A DNA stretch of 64,000 nucleotides. It comes from the human T2T-CHM13v2.0 reference genome, Homo sapiens. The stretch lies in the NCBI RefSeq assembly GCF_009914755.1, contig NC_060929.1; one strand, given 5' to 3'. The notes beneath the pieces are model-generated. The model was not told the DNA's origin. It did not search any database and saw only the letters and a program-made list of their open reading frames with translations. A program made the position numbers and the translations under genes. Below are positions 39,851-54,727 of this stretch, piece by piece (the stretch's first letter is position 1; each line of letters begins with the position of its first letter).

Positions 39851-41274
39851 GTGAGGCAAAGGCATACAACCAGGAATCAGCAAGTCATCGCTGGCCATGG
39901 CCTCTAAGCTTCCTTTTTTTTCCCAGGAAGAACTGGTCCTTCAGCCAAGGGCAGCACTGAGCCCCAAGTGGCCCCAGATGAGTGCAAAGGACTACCAGGT
40001 AGGTACTGCAGCAGGAGCCTGGGAAGGTTGTCCATTATAAAGTGGGGAAGATAAAGGAGCGCAAGGTTTTTAATCTGTGCTGCTCCCTCTGTTGTATGAG
40101 TGAAGGGAGATGGGCATCATATGAGTGAATGGGGCAGAGTGACCCTGTCCCCATTTTCATCCGTGGACTGGAGCAACTTGCTTTTTTTTCTCTTTTCTAT
40201 CTCAGGGCTCCATTTAAATCTTCCTTTGGGCAAAACGGGATCTTGCTGCTCAAAAATAATTTGAAAAAACTTTGACATTTTGGGTTTGTGTCAGAAAGTC
40301 ATGGATTTTTTTTTTTTTTTCGCCTAAGAAGCTATCACCAGGAAGCGTCAAATGAGCCCTGTGGACCATGGCTGGCCTCTTATCTTTGGGTTTCAGGAGG
40401 GACCTCCTGCTAGGTTCATCTCCCCCCACAGCTCCTGAAATGGAGTCAACTCTCCCAGGACGCCAAACAGGGCCCAGAATTTGTTTGTGTGGATTTACAT
40501 AAAAAGCTTCCCTGAATGAAATTCACTGAGATTCACTGAATGCAGGTGAGATTCACAGAGTCCCCCAGGGCAATAATTTTCTCTTTGAATTTCATTTTCT
40601 CTTGAGATGCAAACACTTCACTTCTCTGGCTGTCTCTCCCCACCAGGCCTGTGCTCCTTTCCTTTGCCCTTGTTCTTACTCCATATCACACACACACAAA
40701 TATACATAGGCACATGCATGCACATGCATAAACACGCAGGCACGCATGCACACACATAAATGCACATATACCCAACAAGCTTTAAATCACTGAGTAAGTG
40801 ACCGTGTTGTTTCTATCTATCACAGATAGATCTCGTAGTTTGACTCTGGCCCATAGCAAAATCTGGCTGAGTGAGAAGGAAATACTCCCAAGCCCATATG
40901 CCTCAGAAGCACATATCATTTACTTAGGCATGGCAGTGTGGCCTCCAAGGAGACATTAGTGTGTCCCCAACCTATGTTACTGAGCAAGCTCTCAATAACT
41001 GAGGCCAGGAGTCTATGCTGTAACCAGCTCCTTCAGTGAGTCTGAAGCCCGGCCAGGCTTGGGAACACCTGGGGAAAACCCTCCCTTTATGTTCCTAGGT
41101 TGCATCTAGATTCTTAGCGAAGACCTTCTGACATAGTGTCACCCAGGCATTGTCAACTGCCCTGCACACAGGGAGTGACTCTAATAGTGAGGAGTCTGGC
41201 GTCACCATAGAGGATGGGGTAAAGATTTGAATGGATCCTGCCAGCAGCCTATAAGCATAACATGAAGATACTTG

Positions 41275-41816
41275 TGGCAAAGATTCTTCCTTGACCGAAC
41301 TATACTTGGGTTCCTCTGGACTGTCTTCTCAACTAGGCCCTGACTTCTGGGCTTCCGTGTTTGCCTCTGCATTGTCCAATTTTAGCAAGAATCCTGCTAA
41401 ACCAGTTTAATCAGAATCCACCACCCTCAATATTTGATTGATATCTGATCAGCTTCCTCACCCTCTACCATCCCCAGATGATGTCTGGTAACTCTGGCCT
41501 GCCTTCAGTAAGAATCCTGTTAGGTTGGTTTAGCCAGAGTCTACCCTTAGCCCTGATGTTTCCTCTTAATAAATTTTCATTCACTGACCCCGCCGCACTC
41601 TTTGTTGTATTCGGAGTTGAGCCAGATCTTTCTCTTCTACTGCAAAACCCCATTGTAGTACCCTTTAAATAAAGTCTGCCTGTCTTTAATAAGCTATTAT
41701 ATATTGTAATATAATTATAATTATATATTATATTATTAGTATATAATAACATTAAAGACAGGCAGACTTTACTCAGAGGCTATTAACAATTATTAGAATA
41801 ATTGTTATCTTTAACA
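41275..41816 (+). mobile_element. ERV1 solo LTR (MER31-like)
   Basis: TG...CA termini, 4-bp TSD cttg at 41271-41274 and 41817-41820, repeated ttttagcaagaatcctgctaa motif, aataaa at 41668. Confidence 0.8.
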
Positions 41817-42214
41817 CTTGGATGTTTTGTTTTAATCAGACACCCAGACCTGCCAAGATACTTAGATGACTCTGTCCCTGGGCTCTAAAGATGGGATGAG
41901 TGGGCTTCCCACCTCACTAACCTGCACCCCACATTTTCTGACTAGACCAGGCATTCTGGGGCAGCTGCCTGAGGCTGTGTGCTTGTTAAGGCTCCAAACC
42001 CACCTCTCTTTCCCAGGCTGGGTCCCTCACACCCCTCCTCTTCTTATGTATCACCACCTGCTCCCTTCAACCAGCCCAGTTTGTTCACCTCTTCCTAGAT
42101 CCACCCTCCTTGCTCTGTTTCCTACATGTCTGCCCATCCCCACCTCCTTCAAGTCCCTATAAAGCTCATGGCCATGTCCATTCTCCTCCAGACTTCTCCC
42201 CTAGTAATCTTAAA

Positions 42215-42610
42215 CACAACAATAACTAACACTTATTAAGCACATATTACATCCCAAGTCCTGTTACTCGTTTCATTTAATTCTTATAACTACCCATGAG
42301 GTAGACTTATTATTAACCCCATTTGAGAGAGGAAAAAAATTAAGGATCGAAAAGGTGAAGAAACCTACTCAAGGTCAAACAATTTCTAAGTGGCAAAGCC
42401 AGGCTTCGCATTCAAGTCTGTCGTATGTATTTCATGCCCCTTATCCCTATCTGATATTATACTACATATTTATTCATGTATTCATTTGGTTGTTATTATC
42501 TAGAATGTAGGCTTCCTAAGGGCAGAGGTTATCTTATTTAGCATTTCCTATATCAGTACCTGCTACATAATTGATGCTCAATAAATATTTAAGTGAATAA
42601 ATGAATTGAT
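42215..42610. mobile_element. MIR (minus) followed by L2 3' end (plus)
   Basis: cccatgaggtagacttattattaaccccatttg...; tagaatgtaggcttcctaagggcagagg...gctcaataaatattt. Confidence 0.6.
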
Positions 42611-43116
42611 GGCAAAGTCTGTGCTCTATTTTTAAGATCATTTATTAATTTTTAAAGCAGCACACATGGTTTAAAAAAATCACAAAGTACAAAAAGGTAC
42701 AGTGGAATTTAAATCTCCTTCCTGGACACCCAGTTCCCTTCCTCCAAGGTTGCCAGGCTCTTATGTATCCTTCCAGAGATATGTGAAAATTCTAGGCATG
42801 TGCATATGTGAAAGTATGTATGTAACACATGTATGTGGTATGACACCACAGAAACCATCCTGTAAGTTGACTTTTAAATTCAATATGCCTTGGGAATGTT
42901 CAAATACACACACACACATACACACACATCCCTATGCTATTAACCATCATGATAAGTTTTCATACCCATCATATGGGTTCTGGAGTTGTCTTGGAGACTT
43001 TTTCAGGCTGTGATAGTAAGTATGAGCTGGGTCATTGAATGACCTAGAATCTTGGAGCAGGAAAGGACCTTTGAGATGGTCTGGTTCAACCTCCTTATGT
43101 TGCAAATGGGGAAACT

Positions 43117-43425
43117 GGCCAGGCACAGTGGCTCATACCTATAATCCTAGTGCTTTGGGAGGCCAAAGCAGCAGGATTGCTTTAGGCCAGGAGTTTGATA
43201 CCCACATAGGCAACATAGCAAGACAACATCTCTACAAAAATTTTTTTTTTTTTTTTTTTTTTAGTTAGCTGGGCATGGTGGGGCAGGCCTATAGACCTAG
43301 CTACCTGGGAGGCCGAGGCGGAGGATTGCTTAAGCCCAGGAGTTCGAAGTTATGATGAGTGCCACTGCACTCCAGCCTGGAAGACAGAGTAAGACTCTGT
43401 CTCCAAAAAAAAAAAAAAAAAAAAA
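43117..43425 (+). mobile_element. AluJ with a poly(T) linker, inserted in a MIR
   Basis: J-type dimer; T22 at 43241-43262; MIR motif atggggaaact duplicated around the Alu pair. Confidence 0.88.
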
Positions 43426-43429
43426 GCTA

Positions 43430-43925
<496 letters not shown>

Positions 43926-44924
43926 TCAGGAGAAATTGTAGCCAGTTCCCAGCAGAGAGAGTGCTTGGTTGGGCTTTGTCAACGTCAGTGCCCTCCCAGG
44001 CAGGCTGGGGTGAGAGTGATTATGTAGGTCGCTTGGTAATCAGAAAAGAGAGCTCCAGCCCTTTAAATGCAGGCTGTTTCATTTGGTCCCAGAAGATTGG
44101 ATTAGCATCAATTGTCTGCACTGAGCTAGTAGATAAAAGACCCACACCAAAAGGGAACATCACCCAAAGGATAAGTGAGGGGCCTTGCTCTCAATGAGGC
44201 CTCCACTCTGACATGCGGGGCTCCCTGAGCCCATCAGCAGCTTCCAGAAGTCTGTGCTTCCCTGCTGGTTTGCAGAAGCATGAGTAGGAGGAACAGAACC
44301 AAGAGGCAAACCTGGGGGAGCAAGAAGGAAGGAAATGGGTCTCTGTTGGGATAAATGCCCTTATCTGCATGTGCCGCCCCAACAATGGCTCTCAATCCTA
44401 TCCTTCACCTTACTCTCCCTCTCTTCCCTTCCTCCCCCTCACACTGTAAGCTTCGTGAGGGCAGGAACCCAGTATACCTATGCTGTGATTCCTCAGCACC
44501 TAGTACAGTATCTGGCACATTAGGTGTTCAGTAAATATTTGTTGACACAATCAATTCATGCACATATTTATGTCATTCCTACACAGAATGCCACACACTG
44601 TGCATTCCCGCAGTCTGGATTCTTGTTTAACTCATGCTCAGTCCCTCACTGGCTCTTTCCCTTCCCTGTTGCCAAAGGTCTAGCCTCCTCCAGGAAACCT
44701 TGCCCACTACTCCAGCTCACATTGGCCTCTTCTGTAGGCTCAACGGGTAAAGCAATCACATCTTCCCTCTCCAAACCCTGGCCTGATGGATACCTGTGTC
44801 TTCCAGGAAAGAGGAGACAGAGGGTTTAAAGTCAGAACCATCCCAGAAAATTGGGTTGAAAATATATAATTGATACTGTTCAAGCAATTGCTATTTCTGT
44901 GTTGTCTTTTAGATAGAGGTAAGG

Positions 44925-45380
44925 TTAGGTAGTGGAAGGAGCCTTGGGTGTGCTGCCACATGGACTTGGGTTCCAATCCTACCTCTGCTGCTTGCTAGCT
45001 TTATCACCTTGGACCAGTTCCTTAGCCTGTCCATGTCCAGTCCTCACCTATGAAATAGGGGTAAGAAGACCCTCTTCATAGGGTTATGAGTATGAAATGA
45101 GGGTTCACTGGAATGTAAACTCCACAAGAACAAGGATTTTTGTCTGTTTTGTTAACTGATGTATCCCAACACCTAGAATAGTGCCGGGCACATAGAGGGC
45201 ACCCAATAAATATTTGTTGAATGAATGTACATGTAATAGTAATAAAGATAGCTATGATCTATTAACCCACTGTGTGTCAGGCTTCTTGCTAAGTATTAAA
45301 TATACATGATCTTATTTGATTCTTACCATAGTCCTGTGGGCAAGCCACATTTTAGAGATGAAAAAACTGAGGCTAAGCCC
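44925..45380. mobile_element. Cluster of MIR (+), L2 3' end (+) and MIR (-)
   Basis: gggttccaatcctacctctgc...; ggaatgtaaactccacaagaacaagg...caataaatatttgttgaatgaatg; cattttagagatgaaaaaactgaggct. Confidence 0.7.
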
Positions 45381-47676
45381 CAAGCTTCAGAGGAAGTTTC
45401 CAACGAGGGTTCATTCCCTTCCCTCACTGGAAGCCAGCTGCTTCTCTCTTTCCTCTATTGTTAGCCTTGTTGCCCTCACTCAACCTTCAGCTCTTCAACT
45501 CCTACAGCCTCAGTCTTATACCTTGAGGATCTCAAACCCCTGCCCTCTGCTCAGGCTGCAGAGTCCAGCCCATATTTACATCAATACTGGTAAGCCTTAA
45601 AGGGCCAGGCAGATGGCTGCCCATTATCCTAGCTCCATCTCTGCCTCTGGCTACAAAGCAGCTGCCTGTATTCCAGGCCCAGCCCTCACTTGCAGTCTTC
45701 CTCTGTCCATCACTCTAGCTAGTCTCTGAGCTCCAAGATTTGGAGGTCATTTTCTGCCTAGACTGAACCTTTGCCTGGAACACCCTTTCTGTCTTATTCA
45801 TTCACAAATGACTAAATATCTCAGGTTAAGGGTGGATTCCTCCAGATGACCTTCTCTGGCCCCTCCTGCAGCATGACAGGGTCCCTTCTACTATTCCTGT
45901 GGCTCTGTCCATCTCCTCTCCCAGCCCCATCACTCTGTATGGTGATTGCCTGTTTAAATACCTGCCTTCTCCCACTTGACCCGAAGTGCCTGTTTGAGAT
46001 CAGGAACCTTTTCCATTTCACCCACTGCTGTATCCCCCACACCCAGTTCAGTGGCACGGAGTGGGGCTCCTGAATATCTTGGGAGTGAATGGCTTAAGTT
46101 CACTGTTAGCTGACTTCTCACTCTGCCAAGACTCACAATTCCACTTTTTCTTTCCAGTCCTGTGTGCAACACTGCTAACAATCCCTTCTTTCTGCTGAGC
46201 CAAACTCCTGGATTTGGCCATTCCTCACCAGGCCTGCCCAGTTACCACCCACCCTGAGAATTCTTCCTTACTAGTTTGTAGGGTTCATGTCCAGGCTGTT
46301 GGGGAAACATAGAAATGTCTCCTGGAGGGAACTTAAAGATCATGTAGTCCAGCCCATTGATTGCACAGAACTGAAGTGGATTGGGGTGGATGAAGGGACT
46401 GACTACCCAAGGTCACACAGTCTTCTTAGGGCAGGGACAGGAACAAAACCCAGATTTCTCAACTCAACATGCAAAACCTTTTCTCTGTATTTAGCCCATA
46501 GTACCTACAAAGCCAAATAATAAGATTTGTTTGATGGGATTTTATAATCATAAAAATCAAGACTACAACTTGAATTTGGGAATTTTGTATGTGACTAGTG
46601 TCCTGTCTCCTGCCTGGTTGTGTGTTGGAAGAAAAATAGAAAGCATGGCCAGGTCTTGGGCCTTCTCAGTCTGACCTCAGCCCTGTTACTAATGGGCAAG
46701 CCATTTCCCCCTTAGAGAACTGTGAGTTTGACTGTAGCGTTAATACTAGAGGACAAATAGTGGAAAATAAGGCCAGAAAGGAAGGGTGCAGCCCAATGAA
46801 ACAGAGCTGGGAATGTCCCTGTGAGCAAAATGTTGGCAAGCAGAGGTGAGCCTCTGAGGGCCTTTGAGCAGAAGATGACCTGCTCAGCCAGAGGCTGAGC
46901 CCCTAGAGAGCACTTGCCTAATAAATCTGAGTGAAGGAGTGATTGTTTTATGTGAGGTTGTAACCTTACCACCTGCTGGGGAGGTTAATGTCCCAGAATC
47001 TACCTCTCAGATGACAGTTTTCTCAGCTTTCCTAAAGACTCACTTCACAAGCTCAGTTTTCCTGAGGGAGAGATTAGAGCAAAGCAGAAAGATTCCCCTG
47101 GTACTTCATTAGCGGGGTGGCTGGAATCTCCATCCAGAGCTTTGGTGACTAAATCTGCCCTGACAGGCCAGTTCTTGGCAAAGCCTGTCATGAGACTCTG
47201 GGGATCTCACCCAGTTTGTGCAGTGGAGCCTGGCCTTCCAGGAGATGACAGTAAGTGAAGCCAGACAAAAGCCCCAGAAGGATCATTTCTTTAAGCAGCC
47301 CTGGCTTCAGGGAAAAAGAAAGGATTCCTGCAGGGGTGCTGAATCCAAGCCAGAATGCTGTGTCACCATTGATACTTCTCTACCAACCTGGGCTTTTGAG
47401 GGGCTGACATAGGGAAAATCATCTTGCCTGCAAAAGACAGTCCTGCCACTAATGGGCTCTGGGCTTCACCCTCTAGGCTTCCATTTTCCTATCCACTGAA
47501 GGCAATATTTGGACCTGTTCACGGATAGCAAATGGGTTTCATCTGCCCTTCCCAACTCTGATCAGTTGTTAGTGACTGCCAGAAGCATTATATTAGGAAT
47601 AAGTCTGAGGCTACAGCCACAAAAGAATAAAGCATTCTATTAGGTTCTCCAAGACAGGGAGTAGTAGCCTGCCTGA

Positions 47677-48175
47677 TGTATTAGTTTCCTGTCACTGCTG
47701 TAACAAATTACCGTACACTTGCTGTTTAAAATACGAATGTATTCTTTTAACTCTTCTGCAGGTTAGAAGTCTGAAATCAGTATCATTTGGCTAAATTCAA
47801 GATGGTGGCAGGGCTGGTTCCTTCTGGAAGCCCTAAAGAGAGAATCTCTTTTCTTGCCTTTTTCAGCTTCTGGTGGCCTACTATATTTCCTGGCTTATGG
47901 CTCCGTCCTCCCTCTTCAAAGCACATCATTCCAATCTCTGTTCCCATCATCCTATCATCTTCTCCTCTTCTGTCGTCTAATCTCCCTCTGCCTCTTGTAA
48001 GGATCTTATGATGTACACTTAGGACCCATGCAGATAATCCAGGATAACCTCCACATCTCAAGATCCTTAACTTAATCACTCTGCAAAGTCCCTTTTGCCA
48101 CATATGGTGACATTCACAGCTTCCAGGGATTAGGACATAGATATATTTTCAGAGACTGTTATTCAGCCTACCACA
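47677..48175 (-). mobile_element. MLT1C-like MaLR solo LTR
   Basis: tgtattagtttcctgtcactgctgtaacaaattacc...ataatccaggataacctcc...cagcctaccaca; TSD cctga/cctgg. Confidence 0.85.
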
Positions 48176-48557
48176 CCTGGCATGTGGTGCTAATTTGCAA
48201 TCCCTACCATCAGCCTAGAATTAGAACTGGAATGGAATAATGGAAGAGCTCTAAGTTCGTGTTTGAAGCCTGGCATATGGGAGCCATCACAGAGAAAAAG
48301 ATTGCACGTGACATTTTCTCTGTTTCAAGAACCACTCCAGCCTCATTGAAATTCCACATCCCACAGCCTTCTCCTGACACTGTATCATTTACAATGCTCC
48401 CGAGGCTGGTACAGTGACTCATTATTATTAGTTAATGAAGCATCTAAGGCCTAAGCTCACAGTCAGCAGATAGGATAAAGAGTGAGAACAGAGCTGGACC
48501 ATGGGAGGTCTGTAGCCGGGCTGTAGACCAGAAGACAGAGAGGCTGTGCTCTCCTCA

Positions 48558-49000
48558 TGCATTCATTCCACGAGCATTTACTGAACACATAGTGTGTGCC
48601 AGGAACTATGGACACAACAGCAATTAGGGCTGCATGGGTGGTCCTTGTCCTCAAAGAACCTACAGGCAAATGGGCGAGACAGACACGCACATGAATATGC
48701 CAAGACACCCATGAGAAGTGCTCCAGTGGGGGTGGGTGTTGGGGTAGCACCAAGGACAGTCTCTCTACTTCAGATAATCAGGGAAGGCTTCCCAGGGGAG
48801 GGGGAAGTTGAACTGGGTCTCAAAGGATGACTAGACATTCTGAAGTTGGAAAAGGAAACGGAAGAGTATTTCAACAGAAGAAACAAGTGCTGTGGGGTGG
48901 TGGTAAGGATGGTTTTTCACAGCAGCCTGAGTGAGATGGAAAGATATACAGGCAGGAGGAAAAGATCTGGAAAGTCTGCCCTCGGACTAAGTGGTAGCAA
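48558..49000 (-). mobile_element. L2 3' end
   Basis: cattcattccacgagcatttactgaacac...tgtgccagg...cagggaaggcttcccagggg. Confidence 0.7.
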
Positions 49001-49119
49001 GGAAGTAACGTTTGGCTGGGTCATGGGAATATGGAAAAGCACTTCGAGGGAGCCTGGCTTTCGGAACAAAGAACCAAACCAGACTATTCGCTGAGTAAAT
49101 TCTGGGGACTGCAAGGAGA

Positions 49120-49395
49120 GGCCGAATACTGAGACGGGGAAGGCAGACTGGGGCTCCGATCTCAGCTCTGCCACTTACTACCTCTGTGACTTTGGGAGGT
49201 TCCTTATCCCCTTGGGGCCTCAGTTTCCTCATCTGTAAAATAAGGAACATAATAAGCATGGCTGTGAGGTGAGGCCTTGCCTGTCTTTTTTTCTGCTGTA
49301 AATCCAATGTCTGGTACGGGTTTGCCACCTGGATGAGTAATGTCTTAAAAATACTTGGCAGGGTGTCTGATAAATAATAAATGTTCAGTCAATTA
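49120..49395 (+). mobile_element. MIR SINE
   Basis: ctctgccacttactacctctgtgactttggg...gcctcagtttcctcatctgtaaaat. Confidence 0.8.
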
Positions 49396-49711
49396 ATTAT
49401 CTCATTAATTTTAGGGAAAAAAACATTTTATATGTGGCTCAGCCCACATGCCATGCATGGGTGCTCTCTAATATTTCTGATGAGAGGTCACCTCCCCTGG
49501 GGCCATGTCAACCTGGAATAATGGGACAGAACTCTTGAATCTGGAGTTGTGAAGAGCAGGACTTTAGTTTCAGTCCTGACCTTGTCACTTATGAATGTGA
49601 TTCTGGTCCATGCACCATGGCCTCCTCCAGGACACACCCCAACCTGACTCTGCCTCATTCCCAGGCAAAGTCACTGAGGGCTGAGGAAGGATACCAGGCC
49701 TTTTGGGATTC

Positions 49712-49994
49712 TTTTTTTGAGACAAAGTCTCACTCTGTTAACCAGGCTGGAGTGCAGTGGCACAGTCATGGTTCACGCAGCCTCAACCTCCTGGGTTCAA
49801 ACGATCCTCCCACCTCAACCTTCCAAGTAGCTAGGTTAACAGGTGCACGCCTAGGAACCCAGCTAATTTTTGTATTTTTTGTACAGACAGGGTTTCTCCA
49901 TGTTCCCAAGGCTGGTCTCAAACTCCTAGATTCAAGCGATACGCCTGCCTTGGCCTCTCAAAGTGCTGGGATTACAGGCGTGAGCCACCCAGCC
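49712..49994 (-). mobile_element. AluJ
   Basis: Reverse-complement dimer with cagcctcaacctcctggg. Confidence 0.88.
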
Positions 49995-50018
49995 TGACCC
50001 ATTTGGGCTTCTTGATGA

Positions 50019-50303
<285 letters not shown>

Positions 50304-50544
50304 TAAAAGACTGGTCCCTCCGCATCACCAAGTACAGCATGGAGTGAGGAGAGGGCATGTTCTTGGGCTGTATGGAGGACTTGGTTAGGAACAGCACTGT
50401 GGCTGTTCAGTGCACTTTCTCTCCCTCTCTCACCATCTCTCACACACACATGCACATGCCCGGGTACACACTTACACATATTTGTTCTCACAATGGGTTA
50501 ACCCCTCCACCACTTATGCGTGACTGCAATCCTAAACCAGAATA

Positions 50545-50765
50545 GTAAAGTGGTTCATGGTTCAGGCTCTGATTCACCCAGTGCAGGGCGGGTATCCCCA
50601 GCTCTGTCGTCTCCTAGCTGGGCAGCTTTGGGCAAGGTCCTTAACTCTTCCATGAGCTTCCAGTTCCTCATCTGTAAAAGGGGAAAATATTAAAAGTACC
50701 TATATGATAAGGTTGTTAGTGAGGAAGTGCTTTTTAAATAGAAGCCATTGTTACTACAATTACCA
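50545..50765 (+). mobile_element. MIR SINE
   Basis: gctttgggcaaggtccttaactc...cagttcctcatctgtaaaagggg. Confidence 0.7.
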
Positions 50766-51977
50766 TTACTATAAGTATTATTCCCATGAGAAGGTAGGCT
50801 CTGTAAAGACGAGGTCACTATCAATGCCTTGTTCACCCCTCTATCCCCATCTCCTGACATATAATCAGTGCTCAATAAATATGTGGAGAATTAATTAATG
50901 ACTGTACTTTTGGGAGGCATGGCTTATCTACCTCCCCCATCCCTATGTGATTTCAAGCTACCTCCTCTGGGCTCCCACAGCGTCTGGATACAATAAATAT
51001 CAAAAGAGTTTCCTATGTGCCAGGCACTGAGATAGGGCCTGCTGGACATTGATTTTCTTGCCTCTGCTCCATGCCACCCGCCCCACCCCCAGTTGTGTGA
51101 ATCCCACAAGGAGAAAGACTAAGAGTTATAAGTGAGAATAAGTGCTCGGCAAGTTTTGTTTTTTTTTAAGTAGGTAATAGAGCAGTTTATTCTACATGTG
51201 AGGAAACTCAACACATTTGTCCAGAGCTGGAGGGGAGTTCTGGTCCCCAGGAGGCCAGAATAATACTGTCTCTGCCCCCACGGCACTGTCCCCTGCCTTG
51301 CTGATGATTCGGCACAGAAGGGTCCACGAACACCAGCAGGTAATGGGTGAATGTAGCCAGGGAAGAAGAGAATTGAATTCCACAGTCACCTGCCTAGTCA
51401 CATGAGAAGATTACCTTTGCCATTATGAATTGCTTTTCATTAAAACAGGGCCTCTTCATAGGTAGTCTTTGAAATGTCAATTTTAATTAAAACCCTAATC
51501 CTAATAAGCACATCATAGATTAAACCCAGCCAGAGCAGATTCCTGCTGGGTGAACTTCTCACATGCTTCAGTAGACAAAATTATCTTTAGTAAAAGGGCA
51601 TGTTCAGGAACATCAAATCTATCAGGCAGCCTCACTCAAAGAAGGGCCTTGGCCATGGTCCCCAACATTACTGACTCTAGGTTTCCAGTGACACATCCCA
51701 GAGTGGAGACAGCTGGGTGCCAGTTTCAGGTCAGCTGCTAGTATGGAGCTGGTACTTAACCAAATAGAATCAGAGAATTGCCAGTATTAGAAGGGGCTCT
51801 GAGACTGTCTGTCTCATATCCTTTTACAGATAGAGACATTGAGTCCTAGAGAGAGAAAGGGACAGAAACCTGCTGGTAGCAGGAGCAGATCTCCTATACC
51901 TCCCAGCTCAGTGACATCCCCACCCTGGTTTTGTCAAATAGGAGCTGCGTATCCCTGGGCAAATCTGTTTCCTTTCT

Positions 51978-52295
51978 TTTCTTTCTTTCTTTTTTTTTTT
52001 TTTTTTTTTTTGAGATGGAGTCTCACTCTGCCGTCCAGGCTAGAGTGCAGTGGAACGATCTCAGCTTCACTGCAACCTCTGCCTCCCAGGTTCAAGCGAA
52101 TCTCCTGCCTCAGCCTCCCAAGTAGTGGGATTACAGACACCCACCACCATGCCCAGCTAATTTTTTTGTATTTTTAGTAAAGACGGGGTTTCACCATATT
52201 GGCCAGGCTGGTTTTGAACTCCTTACCTCAAGTGATCTGCCTGTCTCAGCCTCCCAAAGTGCTAGGATTACAGGCATGAGCCACAGCGCCCAGCC
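51978..52295 (-). mobile_element. AluS inserted in a MIR
   Basis: Reverse-complement dimer; TSD tgtttcctttct at 51966-51977 and 52296-52307. Confidence 0.92.
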
Positions 52296-52353
52296 TGTTT
52301 CCTTTCTGAACTTCAAATTCCTTACATATAAAATCAAATAATTTAGACCAGAA

Positions 52354-52880
<527 letters not shown>

Positions 52881-53155
52881 ATTGCTCTAACATTTTATGA
52901 GTTGAGAACTCCTCTTCCTGGAACCCTCTGTGCATCATACACTCCCACTACTTCCCACTTACCCCCAACTCCCATGTACACTTACCCCACAATTTATTTG
53001 AGCAGTTCCTCAAAGTTCTTGCTTAAATATCCCTCATTACACTGAGTGAGGGAGACATTACCTAAGTTCTTCCCTTCTTATAGCCGGAATCACACTTCAT
53101 AGTAATTATATTTTATGGCTATCTTCCCTGTAAACTGAGTGACAGTAGAGACTGG

Positions 53156-53666
53156 TATAGTAGACCTAGTACTCACATCCATATGTAATCTTCCCATCCC
53201 TAGAGTGTGGCAGGGGACTGTGACTTGCTTCTAATCTATGCAATATGGCAAAGGTGATGGGAGGCCAGTTCTATGATGATATTATGTAAGATTGCAATGT
53301 CTGTCTTGCTAGGCTCCTTCCCTTGCTAGCTTTGATGAAGCAAATGGCTATGTTGGGGAGGACCACATGTCAAGAAACTGAGAGTGGCCTCCAGCCACAA
53401 CTAGCTAGAAATTGAGGCTCTTAGCCTCATAGCGTGCAAAACCCAAACCCTGCTAACAACTACATGAACTTGGAGTTAGATCCTCCGCAGTCAAATCTTT
53501 TGATAAGAACCCATCCTTAGCTGACACTTTGATTGTAGCCTTGGAGAGATCCCAGTTAATCTGTACCCAGACTCCTGATCTAAAGAAACTGAGATCATAA
53601 ATGTATGTTATTTTAAGCTTCTAAGTTTGTGGTTTTATTGTTATGTGGCAATAGATAACACATACA
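53156..53666 (+). mobile_element. MLT1E-like MaLR solo LTR inside an L2 3' end
   Basis: gactgtgacttgcttctaa...atatggcaaaggtgatggg...gacactttgattgtagcctt...tgttatgtggcaatagataacacataca. Confidence 0.8.
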
Positions 53667-53803
53667 CTGAGCCTACTTCATTCAACTACTGTATCCTTGC
53701 CATCTGGCACAGTACAGCTATCCCTTGGTATCTGCAGGGGATTGTTTCCAGGACCCCCGCAAATACCAAAATCTACAGATGTGCAAGTCCCTTACGCATA
53801 GTC

Positions 53804-54727
<924 letters not shown>

